Assembly: GCA_002328865.1 (NCBI GenBank) | Contig: DCWO01000072.1 | Coordinates: forward strand, 8,458-72,457 | Reading direction: 5' to 3' | Source: Dehalococcoidia bacterium UBA2160 | GTDB lineage: Bacteria; Chloroflexota; Dehalococcoidia; Lucifugimonadales; UBA1123 | DNA length: 64,000 bases | Shown: positions 27,264-36,892 of the stretch, piece after piece | Layout of the letters: every line of letters begins with the position of its first letter | How positions within the stretch are numbered: position 1 is the first letter of the stretch | Position numbers and translations under genes: made by a program | Notes under the pieces: model-generated | Told to the model about the DNA's origin: nothing | The model's input: only the letters and a program-made list of their open reading frames with translations | The model's database searches: none

Positions 27264-28718
27264 TCAAACGCCCACCAGCCGGTGGCCGGACGGCGCGTAC
27301 GCCGCGTCTTCACGCTTGCCCGGATAGAACTTCGCCCGGCCGCGTGCTCTCTTCATCTCGCCGTCTTGGATCACGACTTCGCCTCGTTGCATCGTGAACA
27401 CCGGCTTGCCTAGGACTTGCTTGCCCTCGAACATAGTGAAGTCAGCGTTGCAGTGCTGGGCATCAGCGCTGAGCGTGTGTGAGACTGACGGGTCGAAGAT
27501 CACCAGGTCTGCGTCGGAGCCCGTGACCAGGGCGCCTTTTTGCGGGTACAGGCCGAAGATCTTCGCTGGATTCTCGCACATGACCCGGACCAGACGTGGC
27601 AGCGTCACCCTGCCGCGGTTGACGCCTTCCTCGAAGGCCACGCACAGCATTTGCTCGGCCCAGTTGCCGCCGAAGTTGGCGTCGAAGATCGACGAATCCA
27701 CTCCCGCGTTAGTGTCCTCGACCGGTCCGGCGGTCTGTCCGCCGGTGAACTTCTGCTCCTGCTTGAAGCCGCAGAAGTCGCTGCCTATCGTGTCGATCAG
27801 TCCGCTAGCGAGTCCATGCCACATGGCTTCGTTGTCCGGCCGTTCTCGGAGGGGCGGACCGATCTTGGCAAGCGCTCCGTGGTCGAGCATCTCCTGGTTG
27901 GTCAGGTCCAGATACTGCGGGCAGGTCTCACCGAACAGACGCAGTCCCTGGCCTTTGAATCGCGTCAAGACCTCGAGCACCTCCCGGGCGCTGAGGTGGA
28001 CGATGTAGAGCGGGCAACCGGCGACCGTGGCATAAGTCGCTGCCCGATTGACAGCTTCAATCTCCAGTATCCTTGGCTGGGACTGCGCGAAATACTCCGC
28101 CGAGGTGTTGCCGTCTGCGGTGAACTGGTCGACCAGGTGGTCGATGCAGTAGCCGTTTTCGGCGTGGACCATGGCGATTCCGCCGTCTCGGGAAGCCAGC
28201 TCCATCGCTCTGAGCATCCGGTCGTCTGGCATCATCATGCCCCGCCTCGGGTAGGTCATGAACATCTTGAACGAGATCACGCCCATCTCGATCAGCGCCG
28301 GAACCTGCTCTTCCACGTCATCGGCGGCGAGGAGGATGGCATGAGCGCTGAAGTCCAGATACGAGGTCTCGTTGGCCTCGTCGATGAACCGATTTACCGC
28401 TTCGACGGTGGTGTCCTCGGCGCCCGTGGCCCGCTGGCTCCTCACGAACGGAACGACCGTCGTTATCCCGCCGAACGCGGCGCTAAGCGAGAACGTCTCG
28501 ATGCGATCCGCGTTGTCCGGATGGTTGTGAGCGTCCACCACGCCCGGCAGCACGTACGCTCCGCTGGCGTCGACCACGATCGAAGCTCGATCCTGAGGGA
28601 TGTCGGGGCCGATCTCAGTGATCGTCTCTCCCTTGACCAGGATATCTTCACGCGTGATCCCCGTGCCTCGGACCACCAGCCCTCCGGCGACGATGTAGTC
28701 GGCTTTTTCGTTGCTCAT
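27264..28718 (-). CDS. Dihydropyrimidinase / D-hydantoinase-type cyclic amidohydrolase
   Basis: Start at MSNEKADYIVAGGLVV with RBS gagaggag. GVVDAHNH metal site and the FKMFM motif. The track extension to 29096 lacks homology-like features. Confidence 0.85.
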   Translation of the reverse strand: MSNEKADYIVAGGLVVRGTGITREDILVKGETITEIGPDIPQDRASIVVDASGAYVLPGVVDAHNHPDNADRIETFSLSAAFGGITTVVPFVRSQRATGAEDTTVEAVNRFIDEANETSYLDFSAHAILLAADDVEEQVPALIEMGVISFKMFMTYPRRGMMMPDDRMLRAMELASRDGGIAMVHAENGYCIDHLVDQFTADGNTSAEYFAQSQPRILEIEAVNRAATYATVAGCPLYIVHLSAREVLEVLTRFKGQGLRLFGETCPQYLDLTNQEMLDHGALAKIGPPLRERPDNEAMWHGLASGLIDTIGSDFCGFKQEQKFTGGQTAGPVEDTNAGVDSSIFDANFGGNWAEQMLCVAFEEGVNRGRVTLPRLVRVMCENPAKIFGLYPQKGALVTGSDADLVIFDPSVSHTLSADAQHCNADFTMFEGKQVLGKPVFTMQRGEVVIQDGEMKRARGRAKFYPGKREDAAYAPSGHRLVGV

Positions 28719-28874
28719 TGAATGCTCCTCTCTCATCGGTCTGGCTGGTATCATACGCTCGGTCGGTGCTCTGTCAAGCTCGGCTTGATTGAGTTGACGG
28801 ACGGCTCGGGGTAAAATGGAATTTCCATTCCCTTGTCGAATCATCGGAAAACAAGTGAACTTCCGGAGGGGCAG

Positions 28875-29681
28875 ATGACTGATTTCAGAACAACCGTGGG
28901 CAACGTAGAACTGGTGTCGCTGACCGATGGCCAGGGCGCAGACCCGCCGACTGGCGTCTTTCCGGAGAGCTCCGAAGATGTCTGGCGAACCGAATATCCG
29001 GAGCTTCTGGACGCCGAAGGGATGATCCATCCCAGATACGGCTGCCTTGCTGTCCGATCCGGCGGAAAGCTCATCATCGTCGACACCGGCATGCAAGCTC
29101 CCGACGGGGCGTTGCTGGACGACATGCAGGCCAAAGGCGTCGACAGGGACGAGGTAAACCTAGTGGTGACGACGCACCTGCATCCGGACCACGTCGGCTG
29201 GAACCTCACGGGCGGGCAGCCGACCTTCCCGAACGCCCGATACCTGGTTCCGCAGTCTGATTGGGACTACTGGACTCAGCCTTCCGTGGTTGAGAACTCA
29301 CCTCACATTCAAAACCAGGCATTGCCGCTCGAAAAGCTGAATGTGCTGGACCTGATGGGGGACGACTACCGCATCACCGACGAGCTCACAACGATAGCCA
29401 CTCCCGGACATACGCCCGGGCACATCTCCATCGTCGTCGCATCTGCCGGGCATCGGGGCTTCATCCTGGGGGACGTGGCGCACAGCCCAGCCCAGGCTCA
29501 CTACACGGACTGGAACCCTGGCTTCGACCTGGACGGCCCGACAGCGCGCCAGACCCGTCACACGATCATCGACCGTTTGGAATCCGACGGTTCAGTGGTC
29601 GCCACCGGACACTTCCCAGACCCGGGTTTCGGCAAGTTCGTCAGAGGAGAATCCGGTCGGCGCGTCTGGCAGGTTCTCTGA
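28875..29681 (+). CDS. MBL-fold metallo-hydrolase
   Basis: THLHPDHVGW (HxHxDH motif) and TPGHTPGH. RBS ggagggg before ATG 28875. Confidence 0.85.
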   Translation: MTDFRTTVGNVELVSLTDGQGADPPTGVFPESSEDVWRTEYPELLDAEGMIHPRYGCLAVRSGGKLIIVDTGMQAPDGALLDDMQAKGVDRDEVNLVVTTHLHPDHVGWNLTGGQPTFPNARYLVPQSDWDYWTQPSVVENSPHIQNQALPLEKLNVLDLMGDDYRITDELTTIATPGHTPGHISIVVASAGHRGFILGDVAHSPAQAHYTDWNPGFDLDGPTARQTRHTIIDRLESDGSVVATGHFPDPGFGKFVRGESGRRVWQVL

Positions 29682-29771
29682 GGAGCGCATATCAGAGCCT
29701 GTAATGTCATTGGTAAGAATCCGGACCGTTGGGAGGTTGGCCTAAAGCCCGACCCCATCACCCTTGGCGGT

Positions 29772-29805
29772 GCTCTGGCCCTTCGGGGCCAAGCGCTGTT
29801 TTCGT
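29772..29805 (+). terminator. Rho-independent terminator candidate after the MBL hydrolase gene
   Basis: gct(c)tggccc-UUCG-gggccaagc stem-loop (29772-29794) followed by gcuguuuucgu. Confidence 0.6.
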
Positions 29806-29810
29806 CGAAG

Positions 29811-30458
29811 GTGCGTAGAGGAGTGGCGGTCGTGTGGTTGCTCGTGGCTTGCATGTGGCTAACCTCATGCGGTGGCGACTCCGGCGTGCCCGCCGAAGTG
29901 CGCGCGCTTGTCGAGTTGGACAACGGCATCGAACTCGAAGAGGCGAGCAACTTCCAGCGCGCTCACGAGGCGTACAACGTCGCCATCGATCTCGATCCTG
30001 GGTTGGCGGAAGCCTATGCGCGACGCGGGAACTCGTTCGTGAGATTCGAGAAAATGAGCCCGGCCTTGGCCGATTTGAACCGAGCCATCGAACTCGACCC
30101 GGAGTTGGCCATCGCCTACCTGTACCGGGGCATCTTCATGGCCAAAGTTCAGCGGCCCAGCGAGGCGTCCCTTGCATTCGCGAAATCCGTCGAGCTGGAC
30201 CCGTCGAACGTCGAGACGTTCGTTCAGCGGTCACGGCTGTACGTGGAGCAGAGAGAACCTGAATCCGGATTGGCCGACCTCGACTCCGCGATAGCCCTTG
30301 ACAGCGAGGCCGTCGACATCTACATGGAGCGGGCCGCCTTGCACCTGCGGATCGGCAACGCCGCCAACGCGGCCGCCGATCTCGAGCAGGTGTTGGCCAT
30401 GAGCAAGAACGAGGAACAGGTTCAGGTCGCCAGGCAGATGCTGGCCCTCATCAGATGA
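29811..30458 (+). CDS. TPR-repeat lipoprotein
   Basis: MRRGVAVVWLLVACMWLTSC lipoprotein signal, then repeated A..Y..AI.LDP....AY..RG TPR units. Confidence 0.75.
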   Translation: MRRGVAVVWLLVACMWLTSCGGDSGVPAEVRALVELDNGIELEEASNFQRAHEAYNVAIDLDPGLAEAYARRGNSFVRFEKMSPALADLNRAIELDPELAIAYLYRGIFMAKVQRPSEASLAFAKSVELDPSNVETFVQRSRLYVEQREPESGLADLDSAIALDSEAVDIYMERAALHLRIGNAANAAADLEQVLAMSKNEEQVQVARQMLALIR

Positions 30459-30507
30459 CGCCGTCGACAGCAACCGTTGGGCGCGGGCCTGCTCACTTGC
30501 AAATACG

Positions 30508-31773
30508 TTGACGGGCGCCGTCCGACCCAGGGACATCGCTTGGCTGCTGGCGCTGTCGATCGTGCTTGTCGCGACGCTCTTGCCGTTCTCCAGCTACGTC
30601 GCGGCAATGCCCTTCATCAAAGAGGAATGGGGTCTCAACAACACCCAGGCCGGAGCGATCTTCTCGGCCTACCTTGCGGGTTACGCGGTCGCGGCCCTCC
30701 TCGTTGTGCCGTTGACCGACAGGCTCCCGGTGTCACGCGTATTCCTGGCTTCGGCCTCCACGACGGTGTTGTCCAACATCCTGTTTCCGCTGGTCGCTCA
30801 GGACATCGTTTCGGCATCGGTGTTGCGCGCGGCCGCGGGCGTTGGTTTGGTGGGCATCTACATGCCGGGATTGAGGTTGATATCGGAGCGGTTCGCCGAT
30901 TCCGGAAAAGGCGCCGCGATGGGGTTGTACGTCACCGCCTTCTACTCGGCCAGCGCCATTTCGCTTGCGGCCACCGGCGGGCTGATGTCTCGTCTCGAAT
31001 GGAGAGACGCGTTTCTCGTGCTTGCCGTGATTTCAGCCGTGAACATCCCCTTGGCGTATCTGGTCACGGCCGGTCGCCAAATATCCCGTGGTCCCAGGTC
31101 AACTGGCCGCCTGAACCTCAGAGTGATCCGCAACAGAAGGGCAGGGGCATTCATCCTCGGCTACTCGTTGCACGCCATGGAGCTGTACGCCGTGAGGGTG
31201 TGGCTGCCCGGACTGCTCATGGCAGTGCTCGTGGCCTCCGGGGTCGATCCCGTGGACGCGGCAGTGAAGTCGGCGACCATCGGCGGCGTTGCCCTGGCGG
31301 CCGGTTCCGTTGGCCCGCTGATGGGCGGAGCCATGTCGGATCGATGGGGCCGCACGAGGACGGCGGCAGGCATTTTCGCGCTGAGCGGCGCATGTTCTTG
31401 GACGATCGGCTGGATCGGCGATTTCCCGTGGCCCGTCGTGGTCGGCGTCGCCGTCGTCTACGGGTGGGCTATCTCAGCAGATTCTTCGATCTACTCGACC
31501 GCCGTGACCGAATCAGCGGCTGCGGGAGACCTGGGGTCGACGATGGCAGTGCAGGCGTTCTCCGGATTCATGGCAGGGGTGCTGGGGCCGATTTTGATAG
31601 GCGCAGTCCTGGACGTATTCCCGGATTCCATTGATTGGGGCATGGGTTTCTCGGCAATCGGAATACTGGCCCTGATCGCCGTCCCCGTGCTGCTTCGCAT
31701 CGGCGACATTGCCGGCGGCCCCGCGCACTCGTCGGACTCAAGGCGTGAACAGGGCCAATCGGCCGACCGCTGA
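30508..31773 (+). CDS. MFS transporter
   Basis: 421 aa with about 12 hydrophobic segments and a DRxGRR-like loop (SDRWGRTRT). Confidence 0.8.
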   Translation: MTGAVRPRDIAWLLALSIVLVATLLPFSSYVAAMPFIKEEWGLNNTQAGAIFSAYLAGYAVAALLVVPLTDRLPVSRVFLASASTTVLSNILFPLVAQDIVSASVLRAAAGVGLVGIYMPGLRLISERFADSGKGAAMGLYVTAFYSASAISLAATGGLMSRLEWRDAFLVLAVISAVNIPLAYLVTAGRQISRGPRSTGRLNLRVIRNRRAGAFILGYSLHAMELYAVRVWLPGLLMAVLVASGVDPVDAAVKSATIGGVALAAGSVGPLMGGAMSDRWGRTRTAAGIFALSGACSWTIGWIGDFPWPVVVGVAVVYGWAISADSSIYSTAVTESAAAGDLGSTMAVQAFSGFMAGVLGPILIGAVLDVFPDSIDWGMGFSAIGILALIAVPVLLRIGDIAGGPAHSSDSRREQGQSADR

Positions 31774-32001
31774 TCCATCATCGCCGGATCGGTTGCCGTC
31801 CGCCCGGTTTCGCGCCGGTTGTAAGACAGCACAACGGCGTCAAAACCCACTGTCCGGGGGCCATGATCGGCCCTACCGCAATTGTGATTTGGGTCGTCTG
31901 TGGACTATAATTCAGACGACAATTCCCCATCACATAACCTCTCGTGGCCTCGCGTGCGACCCAAGCCGATCTTAGACGCCGCGACGCCGAGAAGTGGACG
32001 T

Positions 32002-32358
32002 ATGAGAATCTATTTTTGCCCCGAATGCGGGGGGTACTCCTTGGGTCCCGCATCCCAATGCGACGAATGTCAGGCAGTGCTCCCGGATGACAGTTGGGCC
32101 GACGTCACCGAAGAAGAACTCTCACAACTGGAGTACATCGAGGAACTCGAACTCCCCCCGGGGTTGCCCACCTGGGAGTACGACGTGGTCAAATTGAACA
32201 CTGAGTCCGGCGTGAACGGAATCAGCTACTCAACAGAGGTCTTGAACCGCATGGGTGAGAAGGGGTGGGAGCTGATCAACATCCTGCCCGGCGACGACTC
32301 CGAAGATCCTCGCTATGGCGTTTTCAAACGTTCCTGGGTTCCGGACTACGAGGAGTAG
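32002..32358 (+). CDS. Zinc-ribbon plus DUF4177-like small protein
   Basis: MRIYFCPECGG...CDECQ zinc ribbon. The C-terminal WEYDVVKL...LNRMGEKGWELINIL resembles DUF4177. Confidence 0.55.
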   Translation: MRIYFCPECGGYSLGPASQCDECQAVLPDDSWADVTEEELSQLEYIEELELPPGLPTWEYDVVKLNTESGVNGISYSTEVLNRMGEKGWELINILPGDDSEDPRYGVFKRSWVPDYEE

Positions 32359-32471
32359 CGTCCATTCCGATCGGACGTTCAGCGCGACGACTTGGCGGCG
32401 AGTGAAGATCGTCGTTGCGTGGGTCAACATTCACTGCCTCCCTGTCACTTGGCGGCGACAGTCTTCTCCAA

Positions 32472-32549
32472 ATTGAGCGAAGCGAAACATCTCGCTCCCG
32501 CAGAGAGAGTCATTCCACTTCCGGCGAGATTCTTCGCGTTGCTCAGAAT
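32472..32549. repeat. Dispersed copy of the GAGCGAAGCGAAG-type hairpin element
   Basis: Arms attgagcgaagcgaaacatctcgc (32472-32496) and gcgagattcttcgcgttgctcagaat (32524-32549) are near-complementary and resemble the arms at 25329-25589. Confidence 0.75.
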
Positions 32550-32649
32550 GGAGTATCCTGCTTCGTACAACTGGCGGGATGCCGTGATTAGACGCCAGTG
32601 AAAAGTCTCTCGAAACTGGTACAAATATGCGATGGAATTGGAGCATGCA

Positions 32650-33567
32650 ATGAAACTGGGCATGAACCTGATCAACTTCGGGCCGGGAGCCACCGCGGAG
32701 TCTCTGCGCCGGTCGGCCGTCCTCGCCGAAACACTCGGATTGCATTTCGTGATGATCGCGGATCACGTCGCAATTACTCCGGACGTCAGCGGACGGTATC
32801 CCGCGCCGTTCTACGACCCGTTCGTAACGTTGGCGTGGCTTGCGGGCGAGACCAAGCGCGTCGAACTCGGCACCACAGTCATCGTGCTTCCGTACCGGAA
32901 CCCGATCCATACCGCACGCCTGACGGCCAACATCGACCAGATCAGCGGCGGCAGGTTCATTTTTGGCGTGGGGATCGGCTGGGCGCAGCAGGAGTTCGCC
33001 GCCGTTGGCGCCGACTACCACAAGCGCGGCGCGGTGACCGACGAGTGGCTCGAAGCGATCAAGACCCTCTGGACCCAACAACCGGCGTCCTACGAAGGCC
33101 GACACATCGCGTTTCAGGACATAGACCCGGCGCCGATGCCGGTCCGTTCGCCTCATCCGCCGATATGGGTCGGCGGCGCGAGCTCGGCAGCGCTGCGGAG
33201 GACGGTGAAATACGGGGACGGCTGGCATCCGATGCGAATCCGAGTCGATTGGCTACGTGACGCCGGATTGCCTGCGCTCCGCGAGACCGCCGAAAGGCTC
33301 GAACGACCTGTCCCAGCGCTGTGCCCGCGGATACGGCTAGGCCTCACCGACAGCCCCTTGCCTGAGGACACCAGGCTTGCGGGGGAAGGATCAGTCGATC
33401 AGGTGCGCTCAGACCTCGCGGCGCTCGAAGAGCTCGGAGCTGAATACGTGTTGCTAGACACGTGGGGAGACGACCTGGCCGACACGACCCTCTACGAGCG
33501 GACGTTTGCCCAGTACTCCACTGTGGCGGAGAGGATCGCCGACCTTCCGCATGAGACGGTGCGGTGA
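32650..33567 (+). CDS. LLM-class F420-dependent oxidoreductase
   Basis: MKLGMNLINFGPGA..., RFIFGVGIGW and PPIWVGG motifs of luciferase-like proteins. RBS tggag before ATG 32650. Confidence 0.85.
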   Translation: MKLGMNLINFGPGATAESLRRSAVLAETLGLHFVMIADHVAITPDVSGRYPAPFYDPFVTLAWLAGETKRVELGTTVIVLPYRNPIHTARLTANIDQISGGRFIFGVGIGWAQQEFAAVGADYHKRGAVTDEWLEAIKTLWTQQPASYEGRHIAFQDIDPAPMPVRSPHPPIWVGGASSAALRRTVKYGDGWHPMRIRVDWLRDAGLPALRETAERLERPVPALCPRIRLGLTDSPLPEDTRLAGEGSVDQVRSDLAALEELGAEYVLLDTWGDDLADTTLYERTFAQYSTVAERIADLPHETVR

Positions 33568-33653
33568 GAGTACGCCGACTGCCTTTACGTCGACGGATCA
33601 AGCACAGGCTTTGATGCCGTCCCCACCACGTCAAAGCGAGGTGTTTTCGAACC

Positions 33654-34166
33654 GTGGACATCGACCCGCGACGCACCGGATTTGACCTGCGCTCGGACCT
33701 CCGTTTGACGACAGTGCGGTCGATCGCGATCCTTGCCGGCCTCTTGGGTGCCGTCTTGGTTTTGGCCGCTTGCGGGTCGGACTCGTCGCCTGCATCAGAG
33801 GACGGACCCTTGGCCCAGGGAGCCGCCATCTACAGCGAGAACTGCGCCGCGTGCCACGGTAAGAGCGGCGAAGGCGCCGTGAACTGGCGGCAGCAGAACG
33901 CCGACAAAACCTATCCCGCGCCTCCCCACGACCCAACGGGTCACACCTGGCACCACGGCGACGGACACCTCTACCGGACCGTGCGAGATGGCGGGGGCGC
34001 CTTTGACTCGCCCGGATTCAAAAGCGCGATGCCCGCGTTCGGAGATCGGCTCGACCCACGAGAGATCAAGGCAGTCATCGCTTACCTGAAGAGCCTCTGG
34101 GGACTTGAAGAGTTGACTGCACAGGCGCGTGCCAGCGAGGTTGATCCATTCGTGCTCGAGGATTGA
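33654..34166 (+). CDS. Membrane-anchored/lipoprotein c-type cytochrome
   Basis: Signal/anchor LAGLLGAVLVLAACGS, haem motif CAACH, and a distal Met region (SAMPAFG). Confidence 0.8.
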   Translation: MDIDPRRTGFDLRSDLRLTTVRSIAILAGLLGAVLVLAACGSDSSPASEDGPLAQGAAIYSENCAACHGKSGEGAVNWRQQNADKTYPAPPHDPTGHTWHHGDGHLYRTVRDGGGAFDSPGFKSAMPAFGDRLDPREIKAVIAYLKSLWGLEELTAQARASEVDPFVLED

Positions 34167-34199
34167 TCTGCTTGCCTGGACGGCGGTGACCTTGGCGAA

Positions 34200-35105
34200 C
34201 TAACGTTTGTTAAACGTAAGTCCCTGGGTTCGGGCCTGGCGCCGAATCATGGCCGCGACCAGCACCGCTAGTGCGACGCCCATCGGCAGGAGCCCCCATG
34301 TCGACACGGAGGGCACGGCGGCCGCGGAGCCGCTCGGAACGCCGCTGCGGACGGTGAACACATACCGTCCGAGTTGACTGGAGTTCAGGCTGTTGTTGAC
34401 GAGGCCAGTTGTCGGATTGCCGTCAACGAAAGCGTCGCTGACTCCGGAGCCATCGATCTCGAAAAATGTGCCGCTTCCATTGGCGTAGCCCGCCCGGATG
34501 GCGTCGCTGCCGCCCTGGCAATCACCGCCTGAGCTGTCGAGAGAGCCTCACAGAACCTGATCGTAATTGAACTCGATGTCAAAGTCCCCGGACGCCACGT
34601 CCGAACGGTCGATCAGCAAGAGTTGGAAGTGATTGAGCCCCGGCGCCGGCGGGCGATAGCACTCTACGCCTGGCCAGTTCACGCCGAACGCAGCGTTTCC
34701 ATCCACAGACCCAGAGCCGTAGGTCACCACGGCGGAGCCGGACTCGGCCGTGTCGACATCGCCAAAGAACGGCGCGATTATGGCCTTCGTCGTGTTGCCG
34801 AGATCAAATGCGCTGTAAGTCGACAGGCTTGACCCAAACGTCACGTTTCCGTTGTTGTTCACATACAACGACGTTTGGTTGGTTCCGAAGAAATTCGCCG
34901 TGAACCCAAGAGAAACCGGTCCAGTGGAAAGGTCGTCATTCGCGGCCAAAGTGTTGGCGTCAAACCCTGTGCGGACCGCGTTCGGACCTATGGCTCGAAC
35001 CGAAGACACTGACCACGTTAGGGTCAACACAACGACGACCAGCGCGACCCATACAGTCCAACGCGAATCCGTCGCTTTTAGGCTGGCTCTTAATGCCGTC
35101 TTCAT
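34200..35105 (-). CDS. Secreted NIDO-like domain protein with IPTL/PEP-CTERM-like sorting tail, interrupted by one in-frame TGA (34550..34548)
   Basis: RBS aaggag before ATG 35105 and a signal peptide. The ORF stops at TGA after ...DFDIEFNYDQVL. The same frame continues GSLDSSGGDCQGGSDAIRAGYANGS... to VPSVSTWGLLPMGVALAVLVAAMIRRQ and a TAG at 34202..34200. The whole span is 302 codons in one frame. Confidence 0.7.
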
Positions 35106-35371
35106 CGTGGCTCCTTGGTCACGCCGATTGCTAGTCGACGCCACGCCCCGTCGGATTGTCAGTGCTCATTAACAACGACTACGAGAATACTACGACCACT
35201 GGGCACGGTCGTCAAGCGATTGGCGAAAGCTGAGACGCTATTCGTCTCGGCAGCCGCGGTCATCGGCTGGAAGCGCCACGAGAGTCAGGCGTCGTGCTGT
35301 AGTGGCATTTCGAAGGAAATTCGCCGGCATAGTAGGCCCTCGCGGGTCATCATATGTTCCTGTGCAGTTCC

Positions 35372-35902
35372 TCACGTCGACCCGAACTGTCTCCGCCAAT
35401 CCGCCAGTATGCTCGGGTCGTGCGGAAAAGGCAGGGGAGGCAAGCGATCTAAGGAGAAGTAGCCGACGTCCTGGGTTTCGGGGCCCGCGGTGAGCTCGCC
35501 CCCCGTGACCTGGGCGGCGTACGCGGCAAGGACCACGGGTTGCTCGCCGCCGGAGTAGAGGCCGATCAAGCCCAAGAGTTCGACCTCGACGTTGGTCTCC
35601 TCTCGCACCTCGCGGACCGCGGCGTCTTCGACGACCTCACCCCTGTCCACGTATCCAGACGGAAAGCTCCAGTGGCCCAGCATCGGCGCAATGGCTCGCT
35701 GGACCATCAACAACGCGTTGTCCTGGCACACCAGGACAACAGCGGCAAGTTTCGGATCCAGATACACCACGTGCCCGCACCTTGAACAATACGGCCTCGA
35801 GACAGCAGGATCGGATCGCCCTTTGACGCTTCCGCCACATCTGCCGCAAAAAGCGTTGTCGTCGAATCTGTTGTCTTGTTGCGTGATTGATTCGTCTCCC
35901 AT
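35372..35902 (-). CDS. NUDIX hydrolase with N-terminal zinc ribbon
   Basis: CGRCGG...CSRCGH zinc ribbon and Nudix box GYVDRGEVVEDAAVREVREETNV. Confidence 0.85.
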   Translation of the reverse strand: MGDESITQQDNRFDDNAFCGRCGGSVKGRSDPAVSRPYCSRCGHVVYLDPKLAAVVLVCQDNALLMVQRAIAPMLGHWSFPSGYVDRGEVVEDAAVREVREETNVEVELLGLIGLYSGGEQPVVLAAYAAQVTGGELTAGPETQDVGYFSLDRLPPLPFPHDPSILADWRRQFGST

Positions 35903-36094
35903 GCGCCAACAATCTTTCGTTGCCCCGCGGACATCCAGTCGATTATATAACCTTCCGGTCGATGTGTTCCGACGAGGTCACTACAGACCCGTGAATTGAC
36001 GCTCACACGGAGCAAATCTATAATGGCGGCGACGGCTTAGCCGCATTCATTTAGGGCCAGTCTGTCGAGCTAGCCCATCGACAGGAGTCACCAG

Positions 36095-36853
36095 TTGCCA
36101 CAAATACGAGAGAACAAGGTCAAGCGAAAACTCGAACGGGGAGAGATTGCCGTGGTGTTGGCGGGGCCAACCACTCCGGACCTACTCGACATGATGGGTC
36201 CGCTCGGTTTCGACGGCGCGTGGATCGAAGGTGAGCACGGTCCCATCGATTTCGCTGACATCCCCGACATGACCAGAGCGTGCGATCTCTGGGAGATGAC
36301 GTCGGTGGTTCGCGTGAACCTGAACCTGCCCGGCGTTATCTACCGCACCCTGGATGTCGGCGCCATGGGGATCGTTGTTCCCCACGTGAACACCGCCGAC
36401 GAGGCGCGGGCGGTCGTCGAAGCTGCTAAATTCGGCCCCATCGGCGCGCGCGGGGCGTTCGGCAGCCGCCAGGGATACGGCATTCCCGACTATATGCGGC
36501 AGGCAAACGATCAGACGCTTGTCGTGGTGTTGATCGAAGACATAGTCGCTGTGAACAACCTCACCGAGATACTCGAAGTCGACAACATCGACGTGTTCTT
36601 CGTGGCCCCGAGCGACCTTGCCCAGAGCATGGGACACGTCGGCGACATCTCTCATCCGGAGGTGGTGGCGACCATCGACCGGGCGCTGGCCCAGATCACC
36701 GCGGCCGGGCGCACGGCGGGCGCCCTGGTGTCGGACGCGTCCGTCGAGTCGTATATCCAAAGAGGTGCGAGGTTCCTAATGATCGCCTGGCCGGCTTGGG
36801 TTGCCAACGGCTCCAGCGCTTTCCTGGAGAAAGTCGCGTCCGTGGGCGGTTGA
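36095..36853 (+). CDS. HpcH/HpaI family aldolase
   Basis: 252 aa with a TTG start and RBS aggag. The pattern ...FDGAWIEGEHGP...VVRV...GIVVPHV...FVAPSDL is typical. Confidence 0.85.
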   Translation: MPQIRENKVKRKLERGEIAVVLAGPTTPDLLDMMGPLGFDGAWIEGEHGPIDFADIPDMTRACDLWEMTSVVRVNLNLPGVIYRTLDVGAMGIVVPHVNTADEARAVVEAAKFGPIGARGAFGSRQGYGIPDYMRQANDQTLVVVLIEDIVAVNNLTEILEVDNIDVFFVAPSDLAQSMGHVGDISHPEVVATIDRALAQITAAGRTAGALVSDASVESYIQRGARFLMIAWPAWVANGSSAFLEKVASVGG

Positions 36854-36892
36854 CCCGTTCCCGGACATCATAATGCGGAACGGCGCTTAGCC

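Noticed and set aside
28719-29096. 126-codon N-terminal extension of the hydantoinase ORF
   Set aside because: A strong RBS (gagaggag) and the typical N-terminus MSNEKADYIVAGG occur at 28718. The extension overlaps the start of the MBL hydrolase gene on the other strand.
30477-31634. 385-aa ORF overlapping the MFS transporter gene in another frame
   Set aside because: The 30508..31773 frame gives 12 hydrophobic helices, while this frame gives Arg/Gly-rich sequence.
32404-32415. gaagatcgtcgt, identical to the 5' end of E. coli selC as I remember it
   Set aside because: The downstream sequence has no D-arm, no CUUCAAA anticodon loop and no T-arm, so this is a coincidental 12-mer inside a repeat-rich spacer.
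34548-34550. Genome-wide reassignment of TGA to Trp (code 4-like) as the explanation for the split NIDO gene
   Set aside because: Many well-supported genes here terminate at TGA at their expected ends (e.g. 3512-3514, 11299-11301, 60625-60627). The TGA in selD sits at the Cys/Sec position, not a Trp position.
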